Under the pieces are notes generated by a model that saw only the letters and a list, made by a program, of their open reading frames with translations, searched no databases and had not been told where the DNA came from. Position numbers and translations under genes: made by a program. 64,000 nt of DNA from NCBI GenBank assembly GCA_024704765.1, contig JAKMXF010000362.1, positions 1 through 64,000 on the forward strand. Reading direction: 5' to 3'. Each line of letters begins with the position of its first letter. Within the stretch, counting starts at the first letter, position 1. Positions 23,203 to 33,656 of the stretch are shown one piece after another. The stretch comes from Oopsacas minuta. Its lineage: Eukaryota > Animalia > Porifera.

Positions 23203-24510
23203 CAGGGTGGCCAATAAGTTCTGACCCATTGATAAAAATTCATAATTCAAAAAATATCAAACTATATTCGCTGAGATTTATTCCAGTTCTATTAGATAAC
23301 TATATCAATACATTCGATAGTAGCGACTCAATGTAACCGCCTTTCTTTTCGACTACCCTCTTCAAACGTTGGGTGAACGTCTCAACGGTGGCTCGTAGGT
23401 TATCCTGTGGAATTTTTTCCCACTCACGGTGCAAAGACTTCTTCAGAGCTTCCACACTTGAATGTGACTTTGCACAGGCATTTTTCTCCAATATGGACCA
23501 GATTGAGAAGTCCATTGGAATCAAATCTGGGCTTGAAGGAGGCCATTCCTCCTTGGTAATGAACCTGGAATGTTTTCTCGTAACCAATTTTGGGAGATGT
23601 TTGATGTGTGAGCCGGTGCGCCGTCTTGCTGGAATAGAAATGGCTCTTTGTTAAACATCGTTTTGCTCAAATCTTTCACCACAGGCTCCAGAATCAACTT
23701 TTGATATGTTGGCGAATTTATTTTTACCCCTACTGGGACAAAAACCAATGGAATACGGCCTTTTGCTGAGATTCCGACCCAAACCATTACCGACTGAGGT
23801 TTTTGTGTCCGTTTGACATACAGATGATTTTCTGTGATGCGCGAAGTCGTGTGGGCTAATATTCGATCATTCTGGTTATTAGTCGCTTCTTCTATGGTGA
23901 ATAATTTCTCATCAGAAAAAATGATGTTCTGCAGGGGTAGAGTTGCGAGCCGAGTCAGCATGCCCTTGCTTCTGGCAAGTCTCTTTTTCACAATTTTCTC
24001 AGAAAGGAAGTGAGCTGTTCTTCTTTTAAACGATTTGAGGTGCAAGTCGTTTTTCACAAGGTTTTGCATCGATCCATGTGAAACTTTGAGCTCAGAGGCC
24101 ATTTTCCGGAGAGATCGTCGAGGATTTCGCCGTATTCTATCGATCACAACTTTTTTCAGCCTCGGAGTTGTCACCGACTTTGGCCGACCGCTTCTTGGCA
24201 TATCTTTTATGCCCCCAGTCTTATTGTAACGTTGAATAGTGCGATAAACGATTTTCCTTCTCGATTTAGGGATATGGAACAGTTTCAAAATTTCTCCTGC
24301 ACATTTCCATTAGAAAATAATTCAATTATTGCTGCTCTTTCCTGATTCATTGTGAAAAAAATCTTGTGTGGGCTAATATGCAATCAAGGTGTTAGATGAT
24401 GGTAGATAAATGGTCTACTCAAGATATAATTCATTAGAAATAGTGAATACTTACATATCTTACATTATGGTAAGTTTTTAATTTTGGGTCAGAACTTATT
24501 GGCCACCCTG
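23203..24510 (-). mobile_element. Tc1/mariner DD37D (maT-type) transposon, 1308 bp
   Basis: 26-bp perfect TIRs CAGGGTGGCCAATAAGTTCTGACCCA (23203-23228 and 24485-24510) with TA target duplication. Transposase on the minus strand has FSDEK, FQQDGAPAH and WPPSSPDLIPMDFSIW, with 37 residues between D2 and D3 after repairing a frameshift. Confidence 0.95.
23300..24350 (-). pseudogene. DD37D transposase with two -1 frameshifts
   Basis: ATG at 24350 (MNQERAAIIELFSNG), frameshift near 24305 into LKLFHIPKSRRK, and second frameshift near 23563 (NIPG to FITKEEWPP). Confidence 0.85.
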
Positions 24511-26427
24511 TATGTCACGTAGCTAACTATGTGACGTAGCTAACTATGTCATGTAGCTAACTATGTCACGTAGCTAACTATGTCACGTAGCTAACTATGT
24601 CACGTAGCTAACTATGTCATGTAGCTAACTATGTCACGTAGCTAACTATGTCATGTAGCTAACTATGTCATGTAGCTAACTATGTCATGTAGCTAACTAT
24701 GTCACGTAGCTAACTATGTCACGTAGCTAACTATGTCACGTAGCTAACTATGTCACGTAGCTAACTATGTCACGTAGCTAACTATGTCATGTAGCTAACT
24801 ATGTCACGTAGCTAACTATGTCATGTAGCTAACTATGTCATGTAGCTAACTATGTCATGTAGCTAACTATTCACGTAGCTAACTATGTCATGTAGCTAAC
24901 TATGTCACGTAGCTAACTATGTCATGTAGCTAACTATGTCACGTAGCTAACTATGTCATGTAGCTAACTATGTCACGTAGCTAACTATGTCATGTAGCTA
25001 ACTATGTCACGTAGCTAACTATGTCACGTAGCTAACTATGTCACGTAGCTAACTATGTCACGTAGCTAACTATGTCATGTAGCTAACTATGTCACGTAGC
25101 TAACTATGTCATGTAGCTAACTATGTCACGTAGCTAACTATGTCATGTAGCTAAATTCATGAAAATTAAGATTGGACCTTAGCAGATAAATGTAATCAAT
25201 TGAAAAATATCAAATCACCGCCTGTGTCTACACCAGATTCAGTGTAATTTGGTACCCCACATGTCTGTTGAGAGAAAGTCTCTATCATATTAAAAATTGG
25301 GATTTGTTTACTTTATATTCATAAATCAATAAATTTACACATGAAAAAATGCGAAAATTCGTATTCAGCGTACTTGCATGTTGAAACCTAATCTCTAGCA
25401 TTTTTTGAAATTTACATAGAAATGTATGGAATATGATTAATCACCTAAAAGGTGTGAATATATACACATCAGAAAATTTAAGTGTCAGGTGCAAAACTAG
25501 ATGTCACTACGAGTATACATGCCAAATTTCGAGCCTTAATCTCCAAAGGTGTGAACAGGAGAGTGAACACATATATACATATACATATACAGGACTCTCA
25601 ACTATCACGATTTCGGGTCTACATTACAGCAGAATCCCTGGTCTTTTCACAGAAAAGAAATACTAAATTGCACTTCTCACGATAGAGATTGTTGCCGAAT
25701 CTTATGATTTTGAAGGTATCCAGGTTGAGAGCCTGGATATATACCAACCGACTAAGAAAATCAACCACTTTAGAACTGTGCCAGTAGAACCTCTATAAGT
25801 GGGGGAGGTCGGGACGGCGAATCTCCTGATAACCCCCGTTATAATATCAACCTAAAATGTCCTATAAAGAGAGATTTTTATTCAATATGTATAGCTACTT
25901 GCTCCAACGACTGTTTTTCAATGATATTTGATTATTTTAATATGCCCAAAGGTTATTGATTGAATATATAAATTAGAAATATAATTTCTTCAAAGAAACC
26001 CCTCTTATTTAAATATTCATCATAGCGATAAATACGTTTGTTTTCCAAATTTAGCTATTGAAATTTACCTATATAAGTGGGGAATTCTACGAATTGATCG
26101 TAGAATTCTTCACTTATATAGGTAAATTCAATGGCGTGAGGCATAATTATCTCTAGAGTATCCCCCATTCCCCATTCCCCGTTTATAGAGGTTCGTTTCT
26201 ATAGAAATGAATGAATGTAGACAAAAATTGCCTGGCTTATAGAGGTTGAACTATAGTATAGTCGGCACAGTAAAAAGACTTATGTATTGGTCATATAAGT
26301 AGTTACGAATTATGTAATGGTTGGTAAGACCAAAACTAAGTCAAAAATTTAAGATTTAATTGAATTAATACACATTGAACAGCTAGTATATCTTCCTTCA
26401 TAACATCATTAGTTGGCTGATACTCTC

Positions 26428-26994
26428 TTAATGTGCCTTAGGAATGTGCCCATCAACATAGAAATTGCGTGTCACTCTTGGTAGTGAGATGAACATACCT
26501 TGCATGTCACGAGTTAGTAATACCTGACACCCCAGACGAGAATTACTCTCCAGGAAGGGAGCTAGATCCAGGAGATCTTCTTCCTCATCAGTAGACGGTA
26601 ACAATACGCTGAAGAACTCAGGCTGTATGTATACGTGACAAGTTGTACAAGCTAGAGAGGCATCACATGCTCCTTCCATTTCTATGTCATATCTGTGAGC
26701 TAGGGAGAGGAGGTTCTCTCCGATATTACCAATGACTGGGACATGGTTACCGTCTCGATCTATAAATGTGACTCTCACTGACTCATTGAACTCAAGTTGT
26801 TCATCTCCCCTTAGACGAAATGAAGTGTGGATAGCTCGATAGGGGGAATATGTGATAGGGAAACAGGATAATTGGGGAGAGTACTGGCAAGCGAGATGTA
26901 TTGATTTGAAGTTATAGCTATAAAGTGATGCTGTGTGTATAAAGAAAGCTCTCTTGTATGATATACTTCGTGAGAATATACGACATGTATTCAT
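26428..26994 (-). CDS. FDX2: Mitochondrial [2Fe-2S] ferredoxin 2, 188 aa, intronless
   Basis: Presequence-like N-terminus, EGACDASLACTTCHVY, SRLGCQ and C-terminal TRNFYVDGHIPKAH typical of FDX2. Confidence 0.93.
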   Translation of the reverse strand: MNTCRIFSRSISYKRAFFIHTASLYSYNFKSIHLACQYSPQLSCFPITYSPYRAIHTSFRLRGDEQLEFNESVRVTFIDRDGNHVPVIGNIGENLLSLAHRYDIEMEGACDASLACTTCHVYIQPEFFSVLLPSTDEEEDLLDLAPFLESNSRLGCQVLLTRDMQGMFISLPRVTRNFYVDGHIPKAH

Positions 26995-27229
26995 TACAGT
27001 AATCTAGTGTGAGAAATATGATTGTAAAATATTTGCCTATTAAATGCAAGTACACGGTCAACTAATATAGAGTAGAACTCGGATAAGACGTACCCTTCGG
27101 TAAACAAATTAGTACTTACTAACCGACAGTATGTACGTCATAATTATGCGAATTCTTCCTACACAATTAGTTCAAGAATAGAAAATACTTTTGGAGAGAA
27201 TCACATACTAACCGAGTTATGAGAAACTG

Positions 27230-27543
27230 AAAATGCGAAATTCTAATTCAGCGTATTGTGTTATCCCTGCGTAGCCGTTTAGAGCAAGCCTGTATTATAT
27301 TTGGGATTTGGCTAATTTGTTTACTTTACATTCAGAAAAACAACAAAACATTCGATTAATCCAAAAGTGTGAAAATCGCATTCATCATGTTTGATATATT
27401 AAGTGAAGTTTATTGAATTCTATTACTTCCTTGATAAATACGATAAATTCATAGTTATGCGACAATTTAAAATTGCATACCGTAAATCCCTTCCTTAACA
27501 ACGGACAAACAAACAGACAACAATTGAGATTTAATAATATAGA
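27230..27543 (-). mobile_element. Helitron-like repeat, 5' portion
   Basis: Minus strand begins A|TCTATATTATTAAATCTCAATTGTTGTCTGTTTGTTTGTCCGTTG; matches 36531 and 40323. Confidence 0.6.
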
Positions 27544-27653
27544 TTTAGAAAGAATAGATTCCTATGTGTTACAGACAAATTAATATTCATGCAAAACCAG
27601 GGTAACCAGAACTTCCTGCCCCATTGATGATATCTGAGTTGTTTTGACAGTAG

Positions 27654-28772
27654 TTAGTACCTTCTGAATCCATTAAATGTGTTTTTGTAATTTTCTAAAA
27701 GAGGTCGAGTTATCAAATCAGTTTTTCTAGAATTCTTCCTGCTTCTTATAATCAGCACGACAATGATGTTTATGCTCAATACTAAGTAAATAACAATCAC
27801 TAACACCTCAACAATGAAACAACATATCAGCTCAATTATCAGTAGATATTTTCCTAATGAGGTTGTCACTTCTAGGAGCTGTTTTGAGATTATTATGTTA
27901 GGAATCATACCAAAAGAAAGGTATCCTAAGAAACAAGGATTATAAGATAAAATCGCTGCAGGCACTGCAATGAATGTAACCAATCCAGTACTTAATACCA
28001 GCGAGAAGATAAGCAATGTGAAAATTTGAGCATAGAAGAATCGTTTCACTATCCCTTTACTTTGTAAGTATTGAAATTGAGTTGAATGTAAATTTGCTGA
28101 ATTCATATTTCCTTTAAGCAGATTGTAGAATTTTTGTGAGGTAGATATGTAAATACAAATATCAATCAAACCGAAAGGAAAATATAGGAGATGTTCAAAG
28201 TAATGTGTCTGCATGAAGCTTGATAAAATTATCTTTACGAGAAACTGTAATACAATGTATATTATGTATTTCCGTATGTGTTGCTTGTAAGGATAATTGA
28301 TAAATAATCTTCTTAATATTACGAAAAACAGAGACATAATTATCGGGAACATTGTCCATATAATGATTCCAAAGCTGCGTATTCTTTCAACCAGAAGAGT
28401 AGATTTATCTAATAGAGCAATCAATGATGGATCCCTTATCACACAGGAGTGTGATATATTCGCAGGATTGGAGACTGTATCGTTGAAATCATATCTAGCA
28501 ATCTGAGCAGTTTGTACAGAAACGTTTGCAATCAATTCCAATACAGAAAGAGTTAGAATGAAGTTGTAGATTATTGATTTTATTCGGAAATTAGTCAATA
28601 CTTCATTCAAATCGACTCCAACCATTGGTACGGCGGATGACAGCTTCCTCATTTCTATCCATATCTTATATTTTAGAAAAATGTAATATGAAATTACGAT
28701 TGGTACAGATATGATATATGGGAATATTATCAGTGGACTCAGTTTGGTTATGATTTGATAGATAAGAAGCAT
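27654..28772 (-). CDS. Orphan multi-pass membrane protein, about 7 hydrophobic segments, 372 aa
   Basis: Long AT-rich ORF with about 7 hydrophobic helices, a loop carrying N-glycosylation sequons (NDT, NIS) and a basic C-tail. No family recognised. Confidence 0.7.
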   Translation of the reverse strand: MLLIYQIITKLSPLIIFPYIISVPIVISYYIFLKYKIWIEMRKLSSAVPMVGVDLNEVLTNFRIKSIIYNFILTLSVLELIANVSVQTAQIARYDFNDTVSNPANISHSCVIRDPSLIALLDKSTLLVERIRSFGIIIWTMFPIIMSLFFVILRRLFINYPYKQHIRKYIIYIVLQFLVKIILSSFMQTHYFEHLLYFPFGLIDICIYISTSQKFYNLLKGNMNSANLHSTQFQYLQSKGIVKRFFYAQIFTLLIFSLVLSTGLVTFIAVPAAILSYNPCFLGYLSFGMIPNIIISKQLLEVTTSLGKYLLIIELICCFIVEVLVIVIYLVLSINIIVVLIIRSRKNSRKTDLITRPLLENYKNTFNGFRRY

Positions 28773-29690
28773 TTCTAATAATCTACTCTGTGGAATTGGC
28801 CTTTATCAAGATTGAAACAATATTCTCTATATTTATATCAGTGCTCCAATTGCATATATGTTCTTAGAGCTGGAACATCTTATCGACATTCTCGTAAGCA
28901 TTATATATTCCTGAATAACATCTGCTTTGTAGTGACCATTTCCTGCGTATCTCTTCATTGATACAAATCAGGAACAATTTGCAAAATTATTGTCTTATAA
29001 ATTTCTAGTTTTAAAATCTTAAATGTATACGTGTAATAAGTATTTTGTCCACACATGTAAATTGCTGAGAAAACCTTTATGTAGATGACCTACCATAATT
29101 GTATTATTTTCAACAGTTCTCAGTTTTCATGATTTTAGACTAACTTCCTCATTATACTTTTTACAGCATGTGTCCAGATAGAATAATTGTGATACTAGAG
29201 AACATGGCTAAATTTGGCATTATTATTAGTTTAACAGAATGGTGGAAAGTAATACATAGAGCATAGGTTCCTAACCATGTCGCCCGTTGAACCCTTATAC
29301 CAATTACAACATATTCTCTGGGACCGCAATACAAGATTAGAGATCAAGTGGACCCCTTCTGTCTTCCACCCAGGCATAGATTATGCGAATGGAACGATAG
29401 ATATTAGTTGTACCAGATTAATTTCTTTACGACCGCTAATTGAATAATGTCCTTTGAATAATTAAGCCAATGAATGCATCCAATTACATATGTAATTAAA
29501 CTATTTTCTAGTAGATTTCTGCAAACTACCTAAAGTAACATTAAAGAGTTTATTAATGGAATATTGAATTCTAAGTTGACTAACTCATAGAAAAATAGAC
29601 ATGTATTATCAAATATTTAAATGAATTAGTCGACCAAATACCGAAATAAGATAACATCCATATTATTCGAGTATCTACTTAATGCAAACC

Positions 29691-30186
29691 TCATAGCATT
29701 TCATCAACTCCAAGGGAAACGTCAAACTTAGCGGCAACTTCCCACTGACTACTATTTTCACCTTCCCTCAATATCTCTAACTTCTGTAAAAAGGTTAGAT
29801 TCTTTGTGGATTTTGTTGAAGACATTGCGATGATTTGTTTTAGATAGACAGACCAAAGATTTGAACAAAATGTCTTCTTCATACAGACAGTGGTATATGT
29901 ATTCTTAACAAACAATGGGAAATGGCATCCATTTCATATAAACAATTGTCATTCCAATAATCAGCTTCTAAAGAACGAAACAAACATCGATCACACTGAT
30001 CCCCATAAACTGTGAACAAAATACATCCTACTGACTGTCATGTTGATCTCCACGAATTATGGTAAACACTTATGTTATTTAATGGGAGGTCCATAAGTGA
30101 TATTTGGGACACAAAAAAGTGTTCCCTGTTCACTATAGGGAGGTGTTTTTTAATCCGAGGTGTTCCCTAATGGAGGCTTTATTGTA
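29691..30186 (-). mobile_element. pogo/Tigger transposon remnant (CENP-B-type N-terminal HTH plus terminal repeat)
   Basis: KNLTFLQKLEILREGENSSQWEVAAKFDVS resembles the pogo/CENP-B N-terminal HTH. The minus-strand end TACAATAAAGCCTCCATTAGGGAACACC resembles Tigger-type TIRs. Confidence 0.55.
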
Positions 30187-30293
30187 TATAAAAGATACAT
30201 GCTATCACTCTAGTGCTGATAAATATACAAATCTATTTGTATGCAAACTAGGAATAAACATGCACAAACATACACTAATTGTCCAATTACAAA

Positions 30294-31808
30294 CTAAAAT
30301 TTCTTCATCATATCAGATTTAGCTTTCGTCTGATACATAACGTTCTGAGACAGGTTAGCATCAGGAACAAAATTAGCTCGTTGGTTGTAATAGTTCTGTG
30401 CCATGTTAGCCATCCTATTGCTTCCATAACTCGAGTAGCTCTGCTCATCCTCCATACCTCTGAGACAGTCTGCTAGATCGATTAGCATAGCCTTGCAAAG
30501 AGGGTCTTCTGCTGTAACCGAGGATTTAACTTGTTTCTCACAAGCAGACAGAATATCACGCCCTTTCTCAAATTCCCCTGCCCTAGCCTTCTCTCTGGCC
30601 TCCTTTATAGCATTTGTTATATTGATCCTGTTCCTTTCCTTGTCTATAGTAGGATTGCTAACACGTGGCTTTCCAGTATTAGTTCTTGCTACTGTTAAGT
30701 CTAGCTTAATAGTTTCTATTACAGCATTGATAACGTTAAAGTATGCTAGTGCTACTGAACAGTACTTAACATCTCCTGCAGCTGCAGGAGAGACAGGCAG
30801 TTTAAGTTCCATCAAGACATCTCTAGTTTCTTCTGACTGTAAGTCTCCTAGCGTTACTTCTACTCGTGTCCTACCCTCGTTATATTTCGGCTTATTCTTA
30901 GCTGTAAACTCCTTTACTACACATCCATTCGTTATCTCTACAGTCATAGTAATGTTCTGCCCTACAGTAGAGAGGAGACCTCCCAGACAGGAAGCGAATG
31001 ATTCTGGAACTTTCTCTAGTGAGTCAATATAGTAATAGGCACCATTACCCTGATTACTGATCTCCTCTAGGAGACTAGCATTGTGATCATTCCCGAATCC
31101 AAATGTGTACACAGTGCCTTCAAAATCTCCATCTGGGTGCTTCTTGTCAGCTGGTTCAAGGGGAGAGGCACCTCCTATGTTAGAACAATTAGTGTTAGGC
31201 AAGAAATCAGTTGACATCTGCTGCGGCATCATCATATCCATACCCTCACTCTCTAATGCATGAGCAGTATAAGGTGTTCTCATAGCTCTCAATATTCCAT
31301 CCTGGCTACTGATTCCAACATTAGCATGTCCGTCTGTAAGAAGCAGGACTGATGCTACGTCTGCTTTATCGCCTGCTCTCTCTATCACCATCTGAATACC
31401 TTTTAGCAAACCTCCACATAGGTTAGTACTACCACAGGTTTCAACTGAATTAATCTTATTCTCTATCTGTAACTTGTTTATTGAGGTTATCTTTGTTAGA
31501 GGAAATATTTCACATATATTGTCGTCAAATACGATTAGTGCAAGTCTGTCGCAAGCAGCTAACTGTGAAACCACAAAATGGAGCGTTTTCTTTACCAAAT
31601 CCAGTTTGCCTCCATCCATAGATCCGCTACGATCAATAACTGCTACCAGATCTACGGCAGCTCGCTTATTGTCCTCTTCCTCAAAGATAGGAGCTTCTAG
31701 CTTAATGTCTACCCAACATGATACTTCCTTGCTCGGATCATACTCCTGGTATTCATTCGTTGCTATAAGTTTTATCTTGTTTTCGGTTGGTTTCTCTACT
31801 ACTGCCAT
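30294..31808 (-). CDS. VWA-domain protein with C-terminal Vwaint-like helical region, 504 aa, intronless
   Basis: MIDAS DRSGS, GSTNL, LLLTDGHAN, YTFGFGNDH, GLLSTVGQN, and C-terminal ERNRI...AREKA...QNYYNQRAN. Confidence 0.85.
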   Translation of the reverse strand: MAVVEKPTENKIKLIATNEYQEYDPSKEVSCWVDIKLEAPIFEEEDNKRAAVDLVAVIDRSGSMDGGKLDLVKKTLHFVVSQLAACDRLALIVFDDNICEIFPLTKITSINKLQIENKINSVETCGSTNLCGGLLKGIQMVIERAGDKADVASVLLLTDGHANVGISSQDGILRAMRTPYTAHALESEGMDMMMPQQMSTDFLPNTNCSNIGGASPLEPADKKHPDGDFEGTVYTFGFGNDHNASLLEEISNQGNGAYYYIDSLEKVPESFASCLGGLLSTVGQNITMTVEITNGCVVKEFTAKNKPKYNEGRTRVEVTLGDLQSEETRDVLMELKLPVSPAAAGDVKYCSVALAYFNVINAVIETIKLDLTVARTNTGKPRVSNPTIDKERNRINITNAIKEAREKARAGEFEKGRDILSACEKQVKSSVTAEDPLCKAMLIDLADCLRGMEDEQSYSSYGSNRMANMAQNYYNQRANFVPDANLSQNVMYQTKAKSDMMKKF

Positions 31809-33656
31809 TTATCTGTACAATTGATTTATACTTGTATTTACTCAAATTGATATTTGTATACGTTTGTAAAATTACGTTATATAATGGTATATAATATTAT
31901 TATAGAAGATCCTATTATTTCTATAATTAAAATATACAGTATCATTAAATATGTAATTCTAGTAGATGTATTGAAAGTCAGTGTGCATGACAATTGCACA
32001 TTCAACCCAGTGTGCCATATAGTGGAAGGTGAACTTTTCAATACCTCACAATATGTATCTAAGTTTACTAACTCAATGAATTACTCAAAATTCAAATGTC
32101 GATATTCAAATAAATTTCATTACATCTTGTTCAAACTGAAATATCCTGTAGATATAAATGCTAAGATGATATATTACAACCATTTTATCTGATCCCTCTT
32201 GTTATGTTAGAAATTTTGGGTAATTCATGTGTTGAATAATCCAATATTCTCTGCCATTTTCAATGAGTTAGTCAACTTAGATGTGCATGCTGCACACTCG
32301 ACTAACTCGACTTAGTGTTGCTTCACACCGGTTATGACCAGTGGCGGATCCAGGAATTGTTGGTGGGGGATAATTATCCAGTCGGCGGTCTGGGGGGTGC
32401 TGTAGGCCCCCAGTGAGATCCGGGGATGACAAGCCCTATTTACCACAAAATTCGTTGCCATTCTACTCTCAGGTAACTTCGAATCTCGAAATTATTTCTC
32501 TTAATGGCGTAATAGACATTTGGAATGGAAACTTTTCGATTGACTTTGTAAGTCATTATCTCATTGTATAACTTGTAAACTTGTATTACTTGTGTACATT
32601 GCAATTTTGAAATAAATTAGCCACGCATAAAATTGTTTCAACGTGGACGAAACTTAACCATATCAAGTGTTGTCTTGCTCATACTGCTTGTACAGACCCA
32701 CAGTTACAGTTCAAGCCTTTCCATCCTTAGAATACAATATATATACCTGAAATGGTAATATAACATGATCTTTAGGGAAAGATGCGAGCTAAGCGAGCAG
32801 AAATTAATGGTTTGGAATTTGAGGCAATATTTCAATGTGTTGGCATGAATTTCCAATTCCACTATGATTTCATATCCTGTAAATTACTCTTGGTCTCCTC
32901 TGGATCCGACATTTCACTTCAATGGTAATTAATGTGTCAACTTTGTGTCCATTTATAAAGTTTTAAAAATTCACCTAGAAACTTTCCCTCTCTAATTTTC
33001 GATCTCCTTTTCCTGGCTAGAGGGAGGTAGTTATCCAGCTGAAAGGTGGTCCATATAATATTAGCGAATAGAATGATGAAAAGCATTTATCAGGTGTTAC
33101 TTGATATTTTATTGATTTCGCTACAAAACTAAGAAAATTGTGATTACCACCCAAAGAAAAGTCATAACAAATGCTTGACAACTGTCTTTCTATATTTTTC
33201 TGTGATTTACAAAGCTAAATAAGCAACAAATAACGAATTTGAAATTTCGTCAGGTTCTGTTCCGTGAAATAGAGAAGTCCAACAGCTGATACAGCATATT
33301 TCTTACGTCGATATACATAAATTCTTATTTAATGCAACTGGTTCGTCTGACGAACATTACAGTGCAGGTGGGACTGTCACGCTATATTTCGTCCGGTCGG
33401 CCTATTTATAGCTGCGGACCAAATATAGCATGATGCAGAACCCTCCATAGCGCCATACATGGTCTTGACGGGGCATACATATGATCCTGAAATACAATAT
33501 CCCTGCTCTAAGCGGAACCCTTAGACATTAGGGCCAATCCTGATGCTTGGATAAATTCAAGATCCCTGTACTGTCCAGGGGTTTGCATTTGCATGTTCGA
33601 TTAGTTTTCCAATTAAATTCCATTTCTGATGAAACTTTCAAAATTCCTAATTTAGA

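Larger units (their letters stand above)
22911..25154. repeat. 17-bp minisatellite (ACTATGTCACGTAGCTA)n, about 55 units, split by a transposon
   Basis: About 17 units at 22911-23202 and about 38 units at 24511-25154; directly abutting units with no spacers. Confidence 0.97.

Noticed and set aside
22911-25154. 17-bp repeat array as a CRISPR array
   Set aside because: Units abut directly with no unique spacers, the context is eukaryotic and there are no cas genes.
32340-32450. Isolated hAT-like ends (CAGTGGCGGATCCAG here; similar at ~5262, ~10145, ~53030-53105 and ~55140)
   Set aside because: Single degraded termini without a verifiable partner or TSD; too weak to annotate.
33340-33600. GC-balanced stretch upstream of the NHL gene as a possible ncRNA or SL RNA
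   Set aside because: No tRNA cloverleaf, Sm site with donor, or other recognisable fold by eye.
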